In this document: piece after piece, positions 1 to 12,106 of the stretch
How positions within the stretch are numbered: the stretch's first letter is position 1
Layout of the letters: each line of letters begins with the position of its first letter
Assembly: GCF_001194135.2 (NCBI RefSeq)
Contig: NC_068998.1
Location: 19,434,554 to 19,498,553 of the forward strand
Source of the DNA: Octopus bimaculoides
Lineage: Eukaryota
Length of the DNA: 64,000 nt
Direction: 5' to 3'
Made by a program: the position numbers and the translations under genes
The notes under the pieces: generated by a model
Told to the model about the DNA's origin: nothing
What the model saw: only the letters and a program-made list of their open reading frames with translations
Databases searched by the model: none

Positions 1-788
1 AGGAAAGTATTAGAATGATTATATAAAAGGAAATTCTTTAAAAAAAAAATAATTCAAATTGAAGTATAATTATTTTACTGCCAGGATTTCACAACAAACT
101 CAATTTTAGCAATATTTCAAAGATCTCAGAAGTTATTAACAAACCTTTAAGTGTATTAATGATGATATAGCTTATTCAAAACATAAAAACTGAAATATGC
201 TGCATGTAGATTTAAGACTTCTATTCTAAAATGTAAATAACTGTACTGAGTGTGGATGAGCAGTGAGTGCTTTAAAGCAAATCAGTAAAGGACATTTTCA
301 AAGTATTACAGTCATTATGATAAATAAATGAGATAAAATGAAAAAAAAAAAATGATGAATGACTTTGCATTAAAAAAAAAAAGGATCAAGCAACAATTTT
401 AAAGATAAACTTTGGGATAAAAATTTATATTTCTGATTTTGCTTTCATCTAATCTGTTTGATCATTTAGAGAAGCTTTCAAATAATTATTCATACTACAT
501 GAAGTACTTCCATTTCAAAGATAGGATTTGCCCTTTCTTGCTAATTTTCATTTTGACACCATGACAGTTTTCTGTCAAGTAGTTACAAACATCACTCAGT
601 GATGATGAGAGGTGATATTGTAACTCAACATAGTTAAATGACTGAGGAGATAATTTGCAAACCCACTTAATTATGTAACTGTAGGCTTCTATTATGTAAT
701 GGCTGAGTAATACATATATATACAGAAAGTAGTATTGTCTGATACAGATAGGTGTTTTTAATTCTTTTCTTGAAGCCAAAACAATGTG

Positions 789-997
789 AGTTATAAGAAA
801 TAAATCAAGTTAATAGTTTGTACTTTTACCCTGCTTTTCAGTATTTCAGGGTTGAGACCTCTTCTCCAGGAAATCTTTGGAGAAATAGTGTTGTGAGCTG
901 GCTTCTTTGAAGATTTCCTGAAGAAAGGCCCTAAACCTGAAATACTGAAAAACAGGGTAAAAGTATAAACTATCAACTTGATTTATTTCTTATAACT
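789..997. repeat. Foldback inverted repeat with decayed hammerhead-like cores in both arms
   Basis: 790-850 vs 936-996 pair with 3 mismatches in 61 nt; the inner segments also pair. Confidence 0.85.
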
Positions 998-1046
998 TGC
1001 ATAGTTTGGCATAAAAAAATTCAAAACATATTATATATATATGTAT

Positions 1047-1079
<33 letters not shown>

Positions 1080-1839
1080 CATATATATTTCTTGAAGGTA
1101 AGAGCTCATCAGAAGTTAGTAACAAACCCTCAAGAATATTAATGATAATATAGCTTATTTTAAACATAAGAACAAAGATGTGCTACATGTAGATGATACT
1201 GGAACATATAAGAGGATGTGGACCCAATCTTTACATAAAAAAAAATACAAAGACTGATGCAAATTAATTAACAATCAACCAAAACACAGAAATAAGGATA
1301 AATTATACCTTATACAAGACATAATTTCCATGAAACATGTAGATACAGACAATAATGAAAGCAAAAACAACAACTTCAACAAAGAAAGGGAAGACATGAA
1401 AGAAATTCTACAGTCCAAATGAGAATCTGATGAAAAATAGTAAAGTACTGAAGTATCAGTAAGTAACAAAGAATCAAAGGAGCAATAGCAAAGCTGTTTA
1501 AAAGGCATCAGCCTTCATTTATGGTAAAATGATTTATAAATCAGATCTTATACATCAACAGGTTAAGATTATTTTTAATTTAAGGATTCCTCAAGTCATT
1601 GTTTCTGTTTTATGAGAAAAATCTATGTGACTTGTAAAAGATCTTTTAATATGGAAGGATGTAGAGCACATAATTACTATACACTTACTTCTTTAATATT
1701 GAGTAGTAACACTTTTTTGTTACAGTTCATATGAAAATAATTAGAGGACTGAAATTTAATGACCTAATGTTAATTAGACTAAATCAAATGCTTGCTAGAC
1801 ATTTTTGCTTTCTATTAATTCTCCCTGAAATTTATGGTC

Positions 1840-2270
1840 AAAAAGAACATTCTTAGGAATTAGCTTTATATCATGATTGAAGTTTGGAAACCCGCTGTTT
1901 TTATTGCTGACAAAGGGAATCTATTGTCATGCAAAATGGAAGTTTTATAATGCAAATACTAGGCATGTCATGCTTTATGACAATAAACAAGGTAGTGAGG
2001 AGGAAGAGTTATGTAGGATGAACAAAAATGAGCAGGACATGGAATGTGAAATAGGATGTGTAGTGTGATGTACTAGAAGCACAGAAAAGAACACTGGTAT
2101 GGGTATGTGATGAGAGTAAATAGGATATATTAGGTAAAGAAATTTTGTTGGTCAATGAAATACAAATGAATAATTCAAATAGATATAAGCTAAGAATTGA
2201 TAAAGGATACAGAGTGAATGTATAACCCATATCAACAATGAATAAAACTGGATACAAAAAAAAGCTGAAC
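1840..2270 (+). mobile_element. Highly decayed RTE-clade LINE C-terminal coding remnant
   Basis: Interrupted frame HWYGYVMRVNR resembles the RTE WYGHVMRR motif. Confidence 0.45.
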
Positions 2271-3393
2271 ACTTAAGATCTCAGCTGTTGGCCTATATAT
2301 TTGTATAACAGTTTCAAATATTTAAACATTACTGAAATAGAATTTCAGATGGTAATTAAAATGCATTTGATTAGTAAGAAGAAAAAAATGTCACAAATCC
2401 ATGGTAAATTAGAAAAATTGCTGTTCATTTACATATAATTTTCTTCAAAATTCTGAAAACAATAGTTGGGACCTTGATAGAAGTTGTTCCATGTTAGAAG
2501 CTAAGATGGTTTTGTTGCTTCAAATATTACCTATTTTTTTCTTTGCAGCTCCTTTTGATGATATCCAGCTTGCATTGCTTTGTTGATCTTAGATAGCACA
2601 AGGACTGGTTAGTTTGTCAAAAGTTTAAACCTCAAAGAGCTAAATGAAATCTTATATCCAAATGCTAAATCTTCCCTAAATTATAGACTTGTGATCTAAT
2701 AAACTTTAAGTTTATTTGAAGCCTGTGGCATTCAAGAAGTTATGATGAAATATATGATGGTAACAATATGAAGACCAGACATGAACTGAATTAGTTTTAA
2801 ATGTAGATAAGGACGAAATAACTTTTATCACTAGGTGCTAAACTCCAGTTTCTTGATGTAATGTGGATCAGAAACTCCATCTGAATGGAAAGTTGGACTA
2901 TTTCTAATACTTCCAGATTAAGTTGGATTTATTTTTAACAGATAGGTGAATCAAGGCATATAGAGTAAAATGTAACCTAAACACATGACACCTGTACTGA
3001 ATGTAGAACTTATTTGTATTGAACAAATTGCTCATTCAAAATGTAATTTAAATACTATTGAGCATACAGAATTTTTGAAAATCTTATATCCACACAAACA
3101 CACACACACAACATTTAATGTATGCAGGATTTAAATATAAGCTACTAGTTTCATGCCTCTGATAATACAATAGTTGGACAAGCCTGTATAACATGCTGTG
3201 TATTATTGGGTGATGATTGCATGATAATACATGCCACACTATGCAAGCTCATCTGACAGCTGGATTATCAAAGGCATGAAACTTATAGTAGCTCACATCT
3301 AAATCATGTGTATATTAAACAAGTATCTTTCACTGAAGGAAGTACTTTTTATATGGATCCTACCAATAATGGAACAGTACAATATATACATTG

Positions 3394-3535
3394 TGTAAGA
3401 AGCTTGCTTCCCAACCACATGGTTCTGGTTTCAGCCCCACTGTGTGATACCTTCGGCAAGTGTTTTCTACTACAGCCATGTCAACCAAAGCCATTTGAGT
3501 GAATTTGGTAGACAGAAACTGAAAGAAGCCCATTG

Positions 3536-3568
<33 letters not shown>

Positions 3569-3785
3569 CTTTGTGGCTGTGTTTGTCCTCTACCAATGTT
3601 TGGCAACTGGTGTTGGTGTGTTTACATCCTCCCTATCCTAGTGGTTTAGCAAAAGATACCAGTAGAGTAAGTATCACGCTTAAAAAATGTAAGCACTGGG
3701 GTTGATTCATTTGACTAGAAGTCAATTTGTCCAAGGCAGTGCTCCAGTATGGCTGCAGTCTAATGACTGAAACTAGTAAAAGATG
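3394..3785 (+). mobile_element. SINE family 3 (CORE-like CACCTTGGGCAAGTG, internal (TG)n)
   Basis: Homologous to 9397-9797 and 30905-31090. Confidence 0.75.
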
Positions 3786-4753
3786 TATATAAAGTACAAA
3801 ATTTATGAAACACTCAAAAATTTGAAGTGGAATCTCAATATATGATGTATTAAATGTGCTATATGATATAAAGTCTATTTTGTCTTCTTGTTAATGAAAA
3901 TAGTAGTTAATCTGTTTAATCAGTTCTAAATGGGATGACCACGTCAGAGGTATACTGAATATGTATCCTGAACATTTCTAAAGCTTTCTGGAACTTAAAA
4001 TAAAAATATAAAAAAACAACCAACTTTTATCGAATGATTACAGTAAATTTATTATAGCAGAATAAATGTTAGACTTTAAAATTGATAAGTTAATATTAAG
4101 CACCAAATACCAGTTTGTCCCAGTCTTCCATCTACACCACAATGGATAACTATATAGATACATGCTACAGAAATGTGTAGATCTGCAGACAATAACAAGG
4201 TGAACATTTAAACCAACATAACTACACCAAAGCTTTACCCTCACACAGATACACAAGGATAGACTGTATCATACCAATGATTGAGGATCTTGGAATTTAT
4301 CACCAACAAAACAGCAACTGGAAAGGTTTACCTCAGATACCTACAAAACAGTGTTATTTTTGGTAATTGCTGAAAAAGGAACTTGGCTGACATCCAGAAC
4401 AGATGGAAATAAATATGCTCATCCATTCAAACTCCAAATGGATAATGAATGACTTAAAAGAAATTACTTATCTTAGACTGTTCAGGTGAATTATTGTTAG
4501 ACAAAGAAGTAAAACAGAAGGATCCAACACAACTAATGATCATCTGTGTTGGCAGATATTGACTTTTCTTCTTCTAATTCACAGTAAAACAATTTATTTA
4601 ATTTTTGAAGTGTCAGTATTGCTAACCAAGTTAGAAAGTTTTTCAATTATTAACTTCATCTTTCCCATTTCTGTTTGCATTGTTACTAATGTATATTTTT
4701 GAGTCAAATTTAGGGGCCATATTTACATGTTTGAATACCTTATTCATTTTATG

Positions 4754-4787
<34 letters not shown>

Positions 4788-5412
4788 CTAAATATACAAA
4801 TACTTTATTTAATTAATTAATAAGATATTTACATCTATCTTCACTTCATAGTGTGTATCCATGGCAGCATAGGGATTGAAGTAACATCCAAATAGATTTG
4901 AAATCATGAAATCGGTTTGAACATGTTCTCTGTCTTAATCTTGGAAGCTTTTACTCCAAAATAATTCTACAAGTTTATATATAGAATTAATTTATTAACT
5001 ACAGGGACACATCTTTGACTTAATCACTAAGTTATTAGAAAAGCTGTAAAGATAGTTTTCATGTGGTATTTCAAGAGTTAGTTAACTTTATGGAATCCGT
5101 CTTTTACCACACTATGTACATAGGGAGAGTTGAACTCAGTGCTTCAAACTAAAGAATGCTCATTAATGATAGTGTTGCTACAGCAAGATTCTTCTATCTT
5201 GTTTACAGTTAGGTGAAGGGGCCGTTTGAAAGTGCCTCACCCATATATACATTGGCGGCTGTTTGTCTTTCATTTCAAAGAATACCATAGTAAGCAGGGG
5301 AAACAGCTGCACAGGTGAATGGAGATTTGTAATTGTTCCTGCTTATTGTATAGCTTCCATGTGATGAGACTATGGAAGTGGTAGCATTTTATTGTTACAT
5401 AAATATCTGATA

Positions 5413-5803
5413 GTGGAGGCGCAATGGTCCAGTGGTTAGGGCAGCGGACTCGCGGTCATAGGATCGCGGTTTCGATTCCCAGACCGGGTGTTGTGAGTGT
5501 CTATTGAGCGAAAACACCTAAAGCTCCACGAGGCTCCGGCAGGGGATGGTGGCGAACCCTGCTGTACTCTTTCACCACAACTTTCTCTCACTCTTACTTC
5601 CTGTTTCTGTTGTGCCTGTAATTCAGAGAGTCAGCCTTGTCACACTGTGTCATGCTGAATATCCCTGAGAACTATGTTAAGGGTACATGTGTCTGTGGAG
5701 TGCTCAGCCACTTGCACGTTAATTTCACGAGCAAGCTGTTCCGTTGATCGGATCAACTGGAACCCTCAACGTCGTAAGCGACAGAGTGCCAACAACAAAC
5801 AAC
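5413..5803 (+). mobile_element. Full-length tRNA-derived SINE, family 1
   Basis: A box TGGTCCAGTGG, B box GGTTTCGATTCC, (AAC)n tail, 12-bp TSD AAATATCTGATA (5401-5412/5804-5815). Confidence 0.9.
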
Positions 5804-6725
5804 AAATATCTGATATCTCAGGCCCCGTAGTGGAAGGCTTGTATCTGTTTGGGGTTAAAAGAATTTAAAACCTTGGCTTATGCTGAACTTATATTACTGT
5901 AAGATAGGGTTGCACTGGATGATTAGCTTCACTCTTTCATCCTCGACTTCTTGGGACAGTGATAAGGTTGCCAAGACAACAAGGATGCAGTAGGATGATC
6001 TATGTGTTTTACAATGATGTTGCTGGATACCACCTTTCTGTCCATTGAAATGTAACCATTGATGGTTGGGTTTCTCTTGTGTAATCCAATGAAAATCTAG
6101 TCTTCACATGCACCTTAAATATACATACAGACACAAAGTTAAAGGGGCTGCTGACTCTCCTGAGGTCATCTACCCTTTTATAGGTTTTGCGTTTTATTGA
6201 ACAGTGTCCAAGAATCACCTTCACCAAGGACTTGGTGAGGTTTTCAGTTTCATCACTGACAATACAACAGGTTGTGTTTAGTTACATGTCAGCAACACTA
6301 CTGATGAGTGAGTGACCTGATAGCACATATACAATACAATGTCAGAGATATGTCATAAACTGCTGACTTCTAAGTCAATCATTCAGTGTCCAATCAACTC
6401 AGCTATTGCACTATCTTCCTATAGTGTTTAAATTATAACAACATTTGCCTTTTCAGCAATTAATGAACAACAACTTAACCATTAAAGATAGCAGGAACCT
6501 TAACTAGAGACTAATTGAAGCCATGGCTTCTAACATAACAATAATGAATTTGTTTTTCATATAATAAATTTCAGTAATCTGCAATAACCACATTATTTTG
6601 AGTTCCAGTAGTCAAAGCAGTTTAGCAAATACTTTTTAAATGAATCTCGATGAAGACAGCTCATTATTAATGTTAGTTGGAGCAGAAGTATTGGATAAAA
6701 AAAATTCCATTTTGCGAGTACTTAC

Positions 6726-6827
6726 TTTGTAGAATAGATCCTGTCCAGTTTTATTTATCATCCAATAAGGGCTGTAGAATGTCATTGCAAGGCTGCCACT
6801 GCCAGTTTTGTTATGCAAACCCATGTC
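6726..6827 (-). CDS. VPS13: VPS13 exon 38 (DMGLHNKTGSGSLAMTFYSPYWMINKTGQDLFYK)
   Basis: 102 nt, phase 0 to 0, YSPYWMINKTG signature. Confidence 0.96.
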
Positions 6828-7629
6828 CTGCAATGGGATTTAAAGAATAAGAAGCTTGAAATTTCAGCATAAGGTGAATATAACAGACAAATGTATATAT
6901 ATTAAAAAAATATATATATTAATCATTTAATGCTTTTCTTTTTTTATTCAAGATTTAATCAGGGTGTCCCTTTAATTACTTTTCTTAATGTTTATTTAGG
7001 AGGCAACATGTAGAAGCTTTGATAAAACATGTAACCTGCCAGGTTAAAGCCATCATTAAATCGTGCCCAGCCAACTTCAGGCCTCCATCAACATATTGCC
7101 AACCAGGTTTAGGCCTTTGCCATCAAGTGCTTATATTATTAGCTAGCTAGAGCATAGTTTGTTCATCCTGCATTCCTGACAGCAGCATCCGTTAATTCTG
7201 TTAGTTCTCTCTAAACTTTCTTCTAATTGCTGTTGAGTCTGTGATAGTCAAAACATAATTTATGTCAGAAATAAGAAGTGACTGTATATAAAAAAAAGCA
7301 TTAGGCATTTTGGCCAAAGATTAACTGTTTATGCAAGATAATGACACATATGAAAGTTTGTGAAAAATGCTGATAAAACCACATGTGTGCAATTGACCAA
7401 TATTAGTTTTATGATGTATGTCCAGCCCACCCAACAAAGTGAAATCCAGAGTGTGTGTTTGTGTGTGTGTGTATGTATAGTTGACTCTCCCATTGAAGAT
7501 GATGGAGGAGTGTTAGCGAGAAGAGAAAAAAAAAAAAAATTCCAACCAAATAGACAATCAACAACATACTCACATTACTATTACTACCATCCACCAATGT
7601 TTATATAAAGGCTTTGTTAAGAGACTTAC

Positions 7630-7737
7630 CATAACCAAATCACTGTTAGAAGATTTGAATGTCCACTGGGATAATTCAGGTATATTCATTTCAAGAGTAC
7701 GAGACCCAATCCATTGAGAGCCTTGATATTCAGGAAT
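7630..7737 (-). CDS. VPS13: VPS13 exon 37 (IPEYQGSQWIGSRTLEMNIPELSQWTFKSSNSDLVM)
   Basis: 108 nt, phase 0 to 0. Confidence 0.9.
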
Positions 7738-8283
7738 CTAGAGAATGAAGAAAAAAAAAAAAAAAAATTCTAAAGACTTTTTTGTCTGTTCAACATTTAT
7801 CAAAATTGTATTTTAATTTTCCAATGGAAAATAAGATTGAAGAATTTTGGCTGGTCAGATATATTGAACTGTCAGCACAAGCACAGTGTACATTCTATGT
7901 AGGTATAGTATATAATACATGAATGTTAAAGTAGTATATAATACATGAGTTAAAGTAGTATATAATACATGAATGTTTTCTAAGTACTGGATTCTAAACC
8001 CTTCAGTTTAACGAGGATGAACTTTATCAAGTCAACACGTATTACATTAGGGATTTTCAAACTAGAGCATGCATTCTTTTTAGAAAAAAGGATATATATA
8101 TATATATGATGACTCTCCCATCAAAGACAGTGTATGAGTGTTCAGCTCTTTTGCTGAACGACCTGCGCAAATGATTTGTTTATAGTAATCAAATGTATGT
8201 GGTGCACATTAGCTCACTCCTTCCATCAAATCAATATTGCATGAACAGGGGCACTGTGCTATGCTTCAGGCATTGAAGTGATT

Positions 8284-8320
<37 letters not shown>

Positions 8321-8721
8321 CATATATATATNNNNNNNNNNNNNNNNNNNNNNNNNNNNNNNNNNNNNNNNNNNNNNNNNNNNNNNNNNNNNNNNNNNNN
8401 NNNNNNNNNNNNNNNNNNNNNNNNNNNNNNNTATATATATAAATGTTTGAATTATGGCATTCTAGTTTATTGACCAAATGGTGAAATAGCAAAGCTTAAT
8501 AATTTGTTATTTGAATGAATAAGAGTGGGTGTGTACTCTCTTTCTCTTTCCCAGTTATGACTGCTCTGGTATATACTCCATCTATAGTGTATCTGGTGAT
8601 ATTTATTATGCTTTAAGCACACAATATCCAGACACAGAAGGAATTCACAAACGCACATTATATATATATGCAAGTGCACACAGACTCATCAGGCAAATAA
8701 GGCTTTACTGATTATCAGTTT

Positions 8722-8947
8722 AGACATTTAGCATTTAAACCAGCATAGATAGCCCCAATATTCTACTTGTTTTTTGTGCAAACTGGCCAGATACAGCCTT
8801 TCATACCTATCCTACAAAGTCATTCTGAAAATAAACAACCATGTCATTGGAATCTCAAAGCTACAAGATAATGCCATGATTAAGTGCAAACATTGTGGAT
8901 AAATAAGTACTATGTTTGACAGAGTAATCTGAATGCCAAAGGATTAA
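8722..8947 (-). mobile_element. piggyBac-type (TTAA) MITE family A, degenerate
   Basis: Matches the family consensus; ends GGATTAA. Confidence 0.7.
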
Positions 8948-9165
8948 ATCCATCAGTCCACAACCAAGTTGTGTCTTGTATTTCTTTCTTCTTATGAAAA
9001 ATCAACAGTTCAATATATACCTGCTTGATAACATGTATGTCTCACACTCATATGGGGTGTAAATTTGATTTTGTATTGAGCCAGGAATTGTTGTGCATCA
9101 CTTGACTCAAAATCGATTTCTGCAAATATTTAAAATAAAATTATAGGAAAAGCTAAGTCACTTAC

Positions 9166-9252
9166 TCTCACTTCCAGTTTAGATGTTCCAATACAAGCAT
9201 TGAAAAGTGGACTGTTCTCACCAACTTTCAACTCCAGATCTTCACTGGTATT
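9166..9252 (-). CDS. VPS13: VPS13 exon 36 (NTSEDLELKVGENSPLFNACIGTSKLEVR)
   Basis: 87 nt, phase 0 to 0, GTAAGT donor. Confidence 0.88.
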
Positions 9253-9396
9253 CTGCAAAGTATATTGTTATAATTTTATAGAAAATTACAAGAAAATATA
9301 TAAATATAAATAAATATCAGATATAGCCATGCCATTCTGGGATCGATAAACAGAAGTTACTAAGAAGGGACATGATAATTTTCACAAATATTTTAA

Positions 9397-9797
9397 AGGC
9401 ACAAGCAAGGCTATGTGGTAAGAAGTTTGCTTCTGGGCCCACTCCCACTATGTGGCACCTTGGGCAAGTGTTCTCTACAATAGCCTCAGGCTGACCAAAG
9501 CCTTGTCAGTGGATTTGGTAGATGGAAACTGAAAGAAGCCCAGCATGTGTGTGTATATATAAATATACATACACACACATGTGTGTGTGTTTGTCCACCA
9601 CTGCTTGACAACTGGTGTTGGTGTGTTTACATCCTTGTAGCTTAGCAGTTAGGCAAAAGAGATTGATAGAATAAGTACCAGGCTTAAAAAGAAAATAAGC
9701 GCTGGGATCAATTAGTTCAATGAAATATTTTTCAAGGTAGTACCCCAGCATGGCCACAGTCTAATGACTGAAACGGGTAAAATATATAAAAGATAAA
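9397..9797 (+). mobile_element. SINE family 3
   Basis: Homologous to 3394-3785. Confidence 0.78.
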
Positions 9798-9866
9798 ACA
9801 TAACCAAGAAGCAAAAGGAAAAAGAATATGAATGTGTAATTCAATGGAATGAAAGGAGAATCTTAC

Positions 9867-10001
9867 CTCAAGTAAACAGCGAATGGTCATGGGCAACAAG
9901 TTGTGAATAATAACAGTAGGCCAAAGATGCAATGTATACATTTTAGCATCGCCCACCTTGTCTTGTTGCTCCGAATGAATTTCTTCAATTTCGGGACAAA
10001 C
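9867..10001 (-). CDS. VPS13: VPS13 exon 35 (VCPEIEEIHSEQQDKVGDAKMYTLHLWPTVIIHNLLPMTIRCLLE)
   Basis: 135 nt, phase 0 to 0, P....HNLLP motif. Confidence 0.94.
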
Positions 10002-10883
10002 CTAGGTGGAGATAAAATAAAAGGATAAAGAAAAATAATGAACACAAAAAACTAGTACAAAAATTAATATCTTTTCTTTATTTTGAGGTGTATGGTGGGT
10101 AATGTTGAGAACGTAATTTTGTCATTGTGGGTAATATCAGGTGATGTTACATAAGTACAATAATTACATTGTAATAAAATTTATATATATTTTTTATTAT
10201 GTCATTGGGTCAGTAGGTGTTATTTCCTGTTTGCTTCTATCTAGAAATCAAAGGAAAATATTACTATTCCTTTCAAACTTTTCTTTTGTGACCGGGACAT
10301 CAATGTTTTCAAACTGACCTATTTTCTATTACATTTCAGACAGATTCTGCACTGAGTTGCTGAAGCAGAAATATTGTTATAACAAATATTTTGTTCAATA
10401 CCACAGATTTGCTTGATCTTAACCACTTGAGCATGTCCCTTGGTGATTGACAATATGAGCATCTCTGATCATGAGCAAGAGTAATGGGGGGACATCATAG
10501 CCATGTGTTCAGAGAGATTCTTTGGGGTTTGAAGAAAGGTGGCAAAAGCAAAGTTTGAAGAAAATATTAGCCATTTTCCATATTTTCTAGGGGTAAGCAA
10601 ATAACAGTTGCTACCCAAGGAGAAAAAATCATGTTAAACAGTGTCATAATTTTATTTTTTTCAAATTTCATAGTGAATGAATGCTAATGAAATGAGTACA
10701 AATTTTCAAAATAAAAATACTTATCAAATTATAATTAAATAAAACACATTTCTCATTTATTTATTTGCATACATATATGCAATCAATAACAATAATACAG
10801 AACTTGATACCCATCAATGAAGTAGCTGAAATAATGGTAGATAATGCACGAAATGAAGAAGATACTAATAATGAAGCACTCAC

Positions 10884-10989
10884 ATTCATGAAATAAGATT
10901 CTTCACGGTTTGGTGATTTGCAGTGGATTTGATACATTCCTTTGTCTTCAACCTCTCTCCAATTGATTGGTTCTTCAGAGGAAGAATAC
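10884..10989 (-). CDS. VPS13: VPS13 exon 34 (YSSSEEPINWREVEDKGMYQIHCKSPNREESYFMN)
   Basis: 106 nt, phase 2 to 0. Confidence 0.9.
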
Positions 10990-11054
10990 CTGGTAAGTGG
11001 AAAATTAGATATGAATATACTTTAGAGGAAAAGCACAAAACATGCATGTATGAA

Positions 11055-11097
<43 letters not shown>

Positions 11098-11144
11098 CTG
11101 TATAAAAAAAAAAATCAAACAAGATTTTTGTTTGTTCTCAAATG

Positions 11145-11235
11145 TATTCCCTGAAGACGTATAAGGCAACTTATATGTTTGACTTAAATTTGACGGTCAA
11201 ATATAGCTTTATACAGAAATGTTGACATAGGAATA
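11145..11235 (+). ncRNA. Candidate type I hammerhead ribozyme (Penelope-associated architecture)
   Basis: Stem I UAUUCC/GGAAUA; CUGAAGA at 11151-11157; 9-bp plus 10-bp stem II; GAAA at 11216-11219; stem III AUGU-UG-ACAU; AUA cleavage triplet at 11227-11229. Folded by eye. Confidence 0.65.
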
Positions 11236-11499
11236 AATTACAATAATAATGGATATTAGCGTCAAATCTCTCTTAAATTTAAATTTAAAACTTTGGATAT
11301 ATATAAACAAGGAGAACGATCCCTAAGGAGTCTAATTTAGACTTTTTTGCGGTGAAATCTCTTGCTATATTGGNNNNNNNNNNTTATATATAGATTACAT
11401 TATGGAACATAATATATATATTATATATATAGATTATATTATATACAGATTATATCATGGAACAAAATATAAAGTAATATATATATATTATTATATATA

Positions 11500-11711
11500 C
11501 AGGGTGTCCACAAAGTCTGGGTACATGGGGATTAACACATACTCTAAGAAATTATTATTTCTTATATCTAATTGTTTATGTTATGATTTTATTTACTCCA
11601 TGTACCCACATGGGGATTAAAACATACTTTAAGAAATTATTATTTCCTATATTTAATTGTTTATGTTATGATTTTATTTACTCCGTGTACCCAGACTTTG
11701 TGGACACTCTG
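11500..11711. mobile_element. Tc1/mariner-type MITE with internal tandem duplication
   Basis: 29-bp TIRs CAGGGTGTCCACAAAGTCTGGGTACATGG (2 mismatches), TA TSDs, two ~84-bp internal units. Confidence 0.88.
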
Positions 11712-11948
11712 TAGATTATATTATGGAACAAAATATAAAGTAAAGATAGTAATATAAATGTTTTAAAACATAAATATATATGTATTGGCATTGTCATCAT
11801 TTTTACATCTGCTTTTTCCATGCTGGTATGGGTTGGATGAAACTTAGTGGGGCAATATTCTATAGTCAGATGCCCTTCTAGTTAGGATGATGCTAGCCAG
11901 TAAATATTCACTCAACTTTAGTAGTCATACTTTATGATTAGTACTTAC

Positions 11949-12106
11949 TGGCTGCTGTTGGGACTGAAATAGAATTCAGCTGAACTGGTATAAACTGCAG
12001 ACAATGGTATATGGAATTTATCATTGCTCTGAACTGTTCCACATTTTTCTGATTTGTTATTTTCTTGATAGAAGACATCAATAGGGACTGACAAATGGTT
12101 ATGAAC
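11949..12106 (-). CDS. VPS13: VPS13 exon 33 (VHNHLSVPIDVFYQENNKSEKCGTVQSNDKFHIPLSAVYTSSAEFYFSPNSS)
   Basis: 158 nt, phase 0 to 2; the coding frame differs from the ORF-track frame. Confidence 0.92.

Noticed and set aside
495-779. 94-aa minus-strand ORF as a possible next VPS13 exon
   Set aside because: No VPS13 motif, phase incompatible with exon 38, weak donor.
1081-1115. CUGAUGA...GAAA on the minus strand
   Set aside because: No pairing stem II or stem I; chance motif next to a microsatellite.
2549-2607. Plus-strand exon-like segment (tttgcag...GTTAGT)
   Set aside because: Stops in all three frames and no partner exons seen.
5413-5485. tRNA-like sequence (and similar heads elsewhere)
   Set aside because: Continues into a SINE body with TSDs; not a standalone tRNA gene.
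6009-6227. 72-aa minus-strand ORF near exon 38
   Set aside because: No recognisable motif or suitable splice sites.
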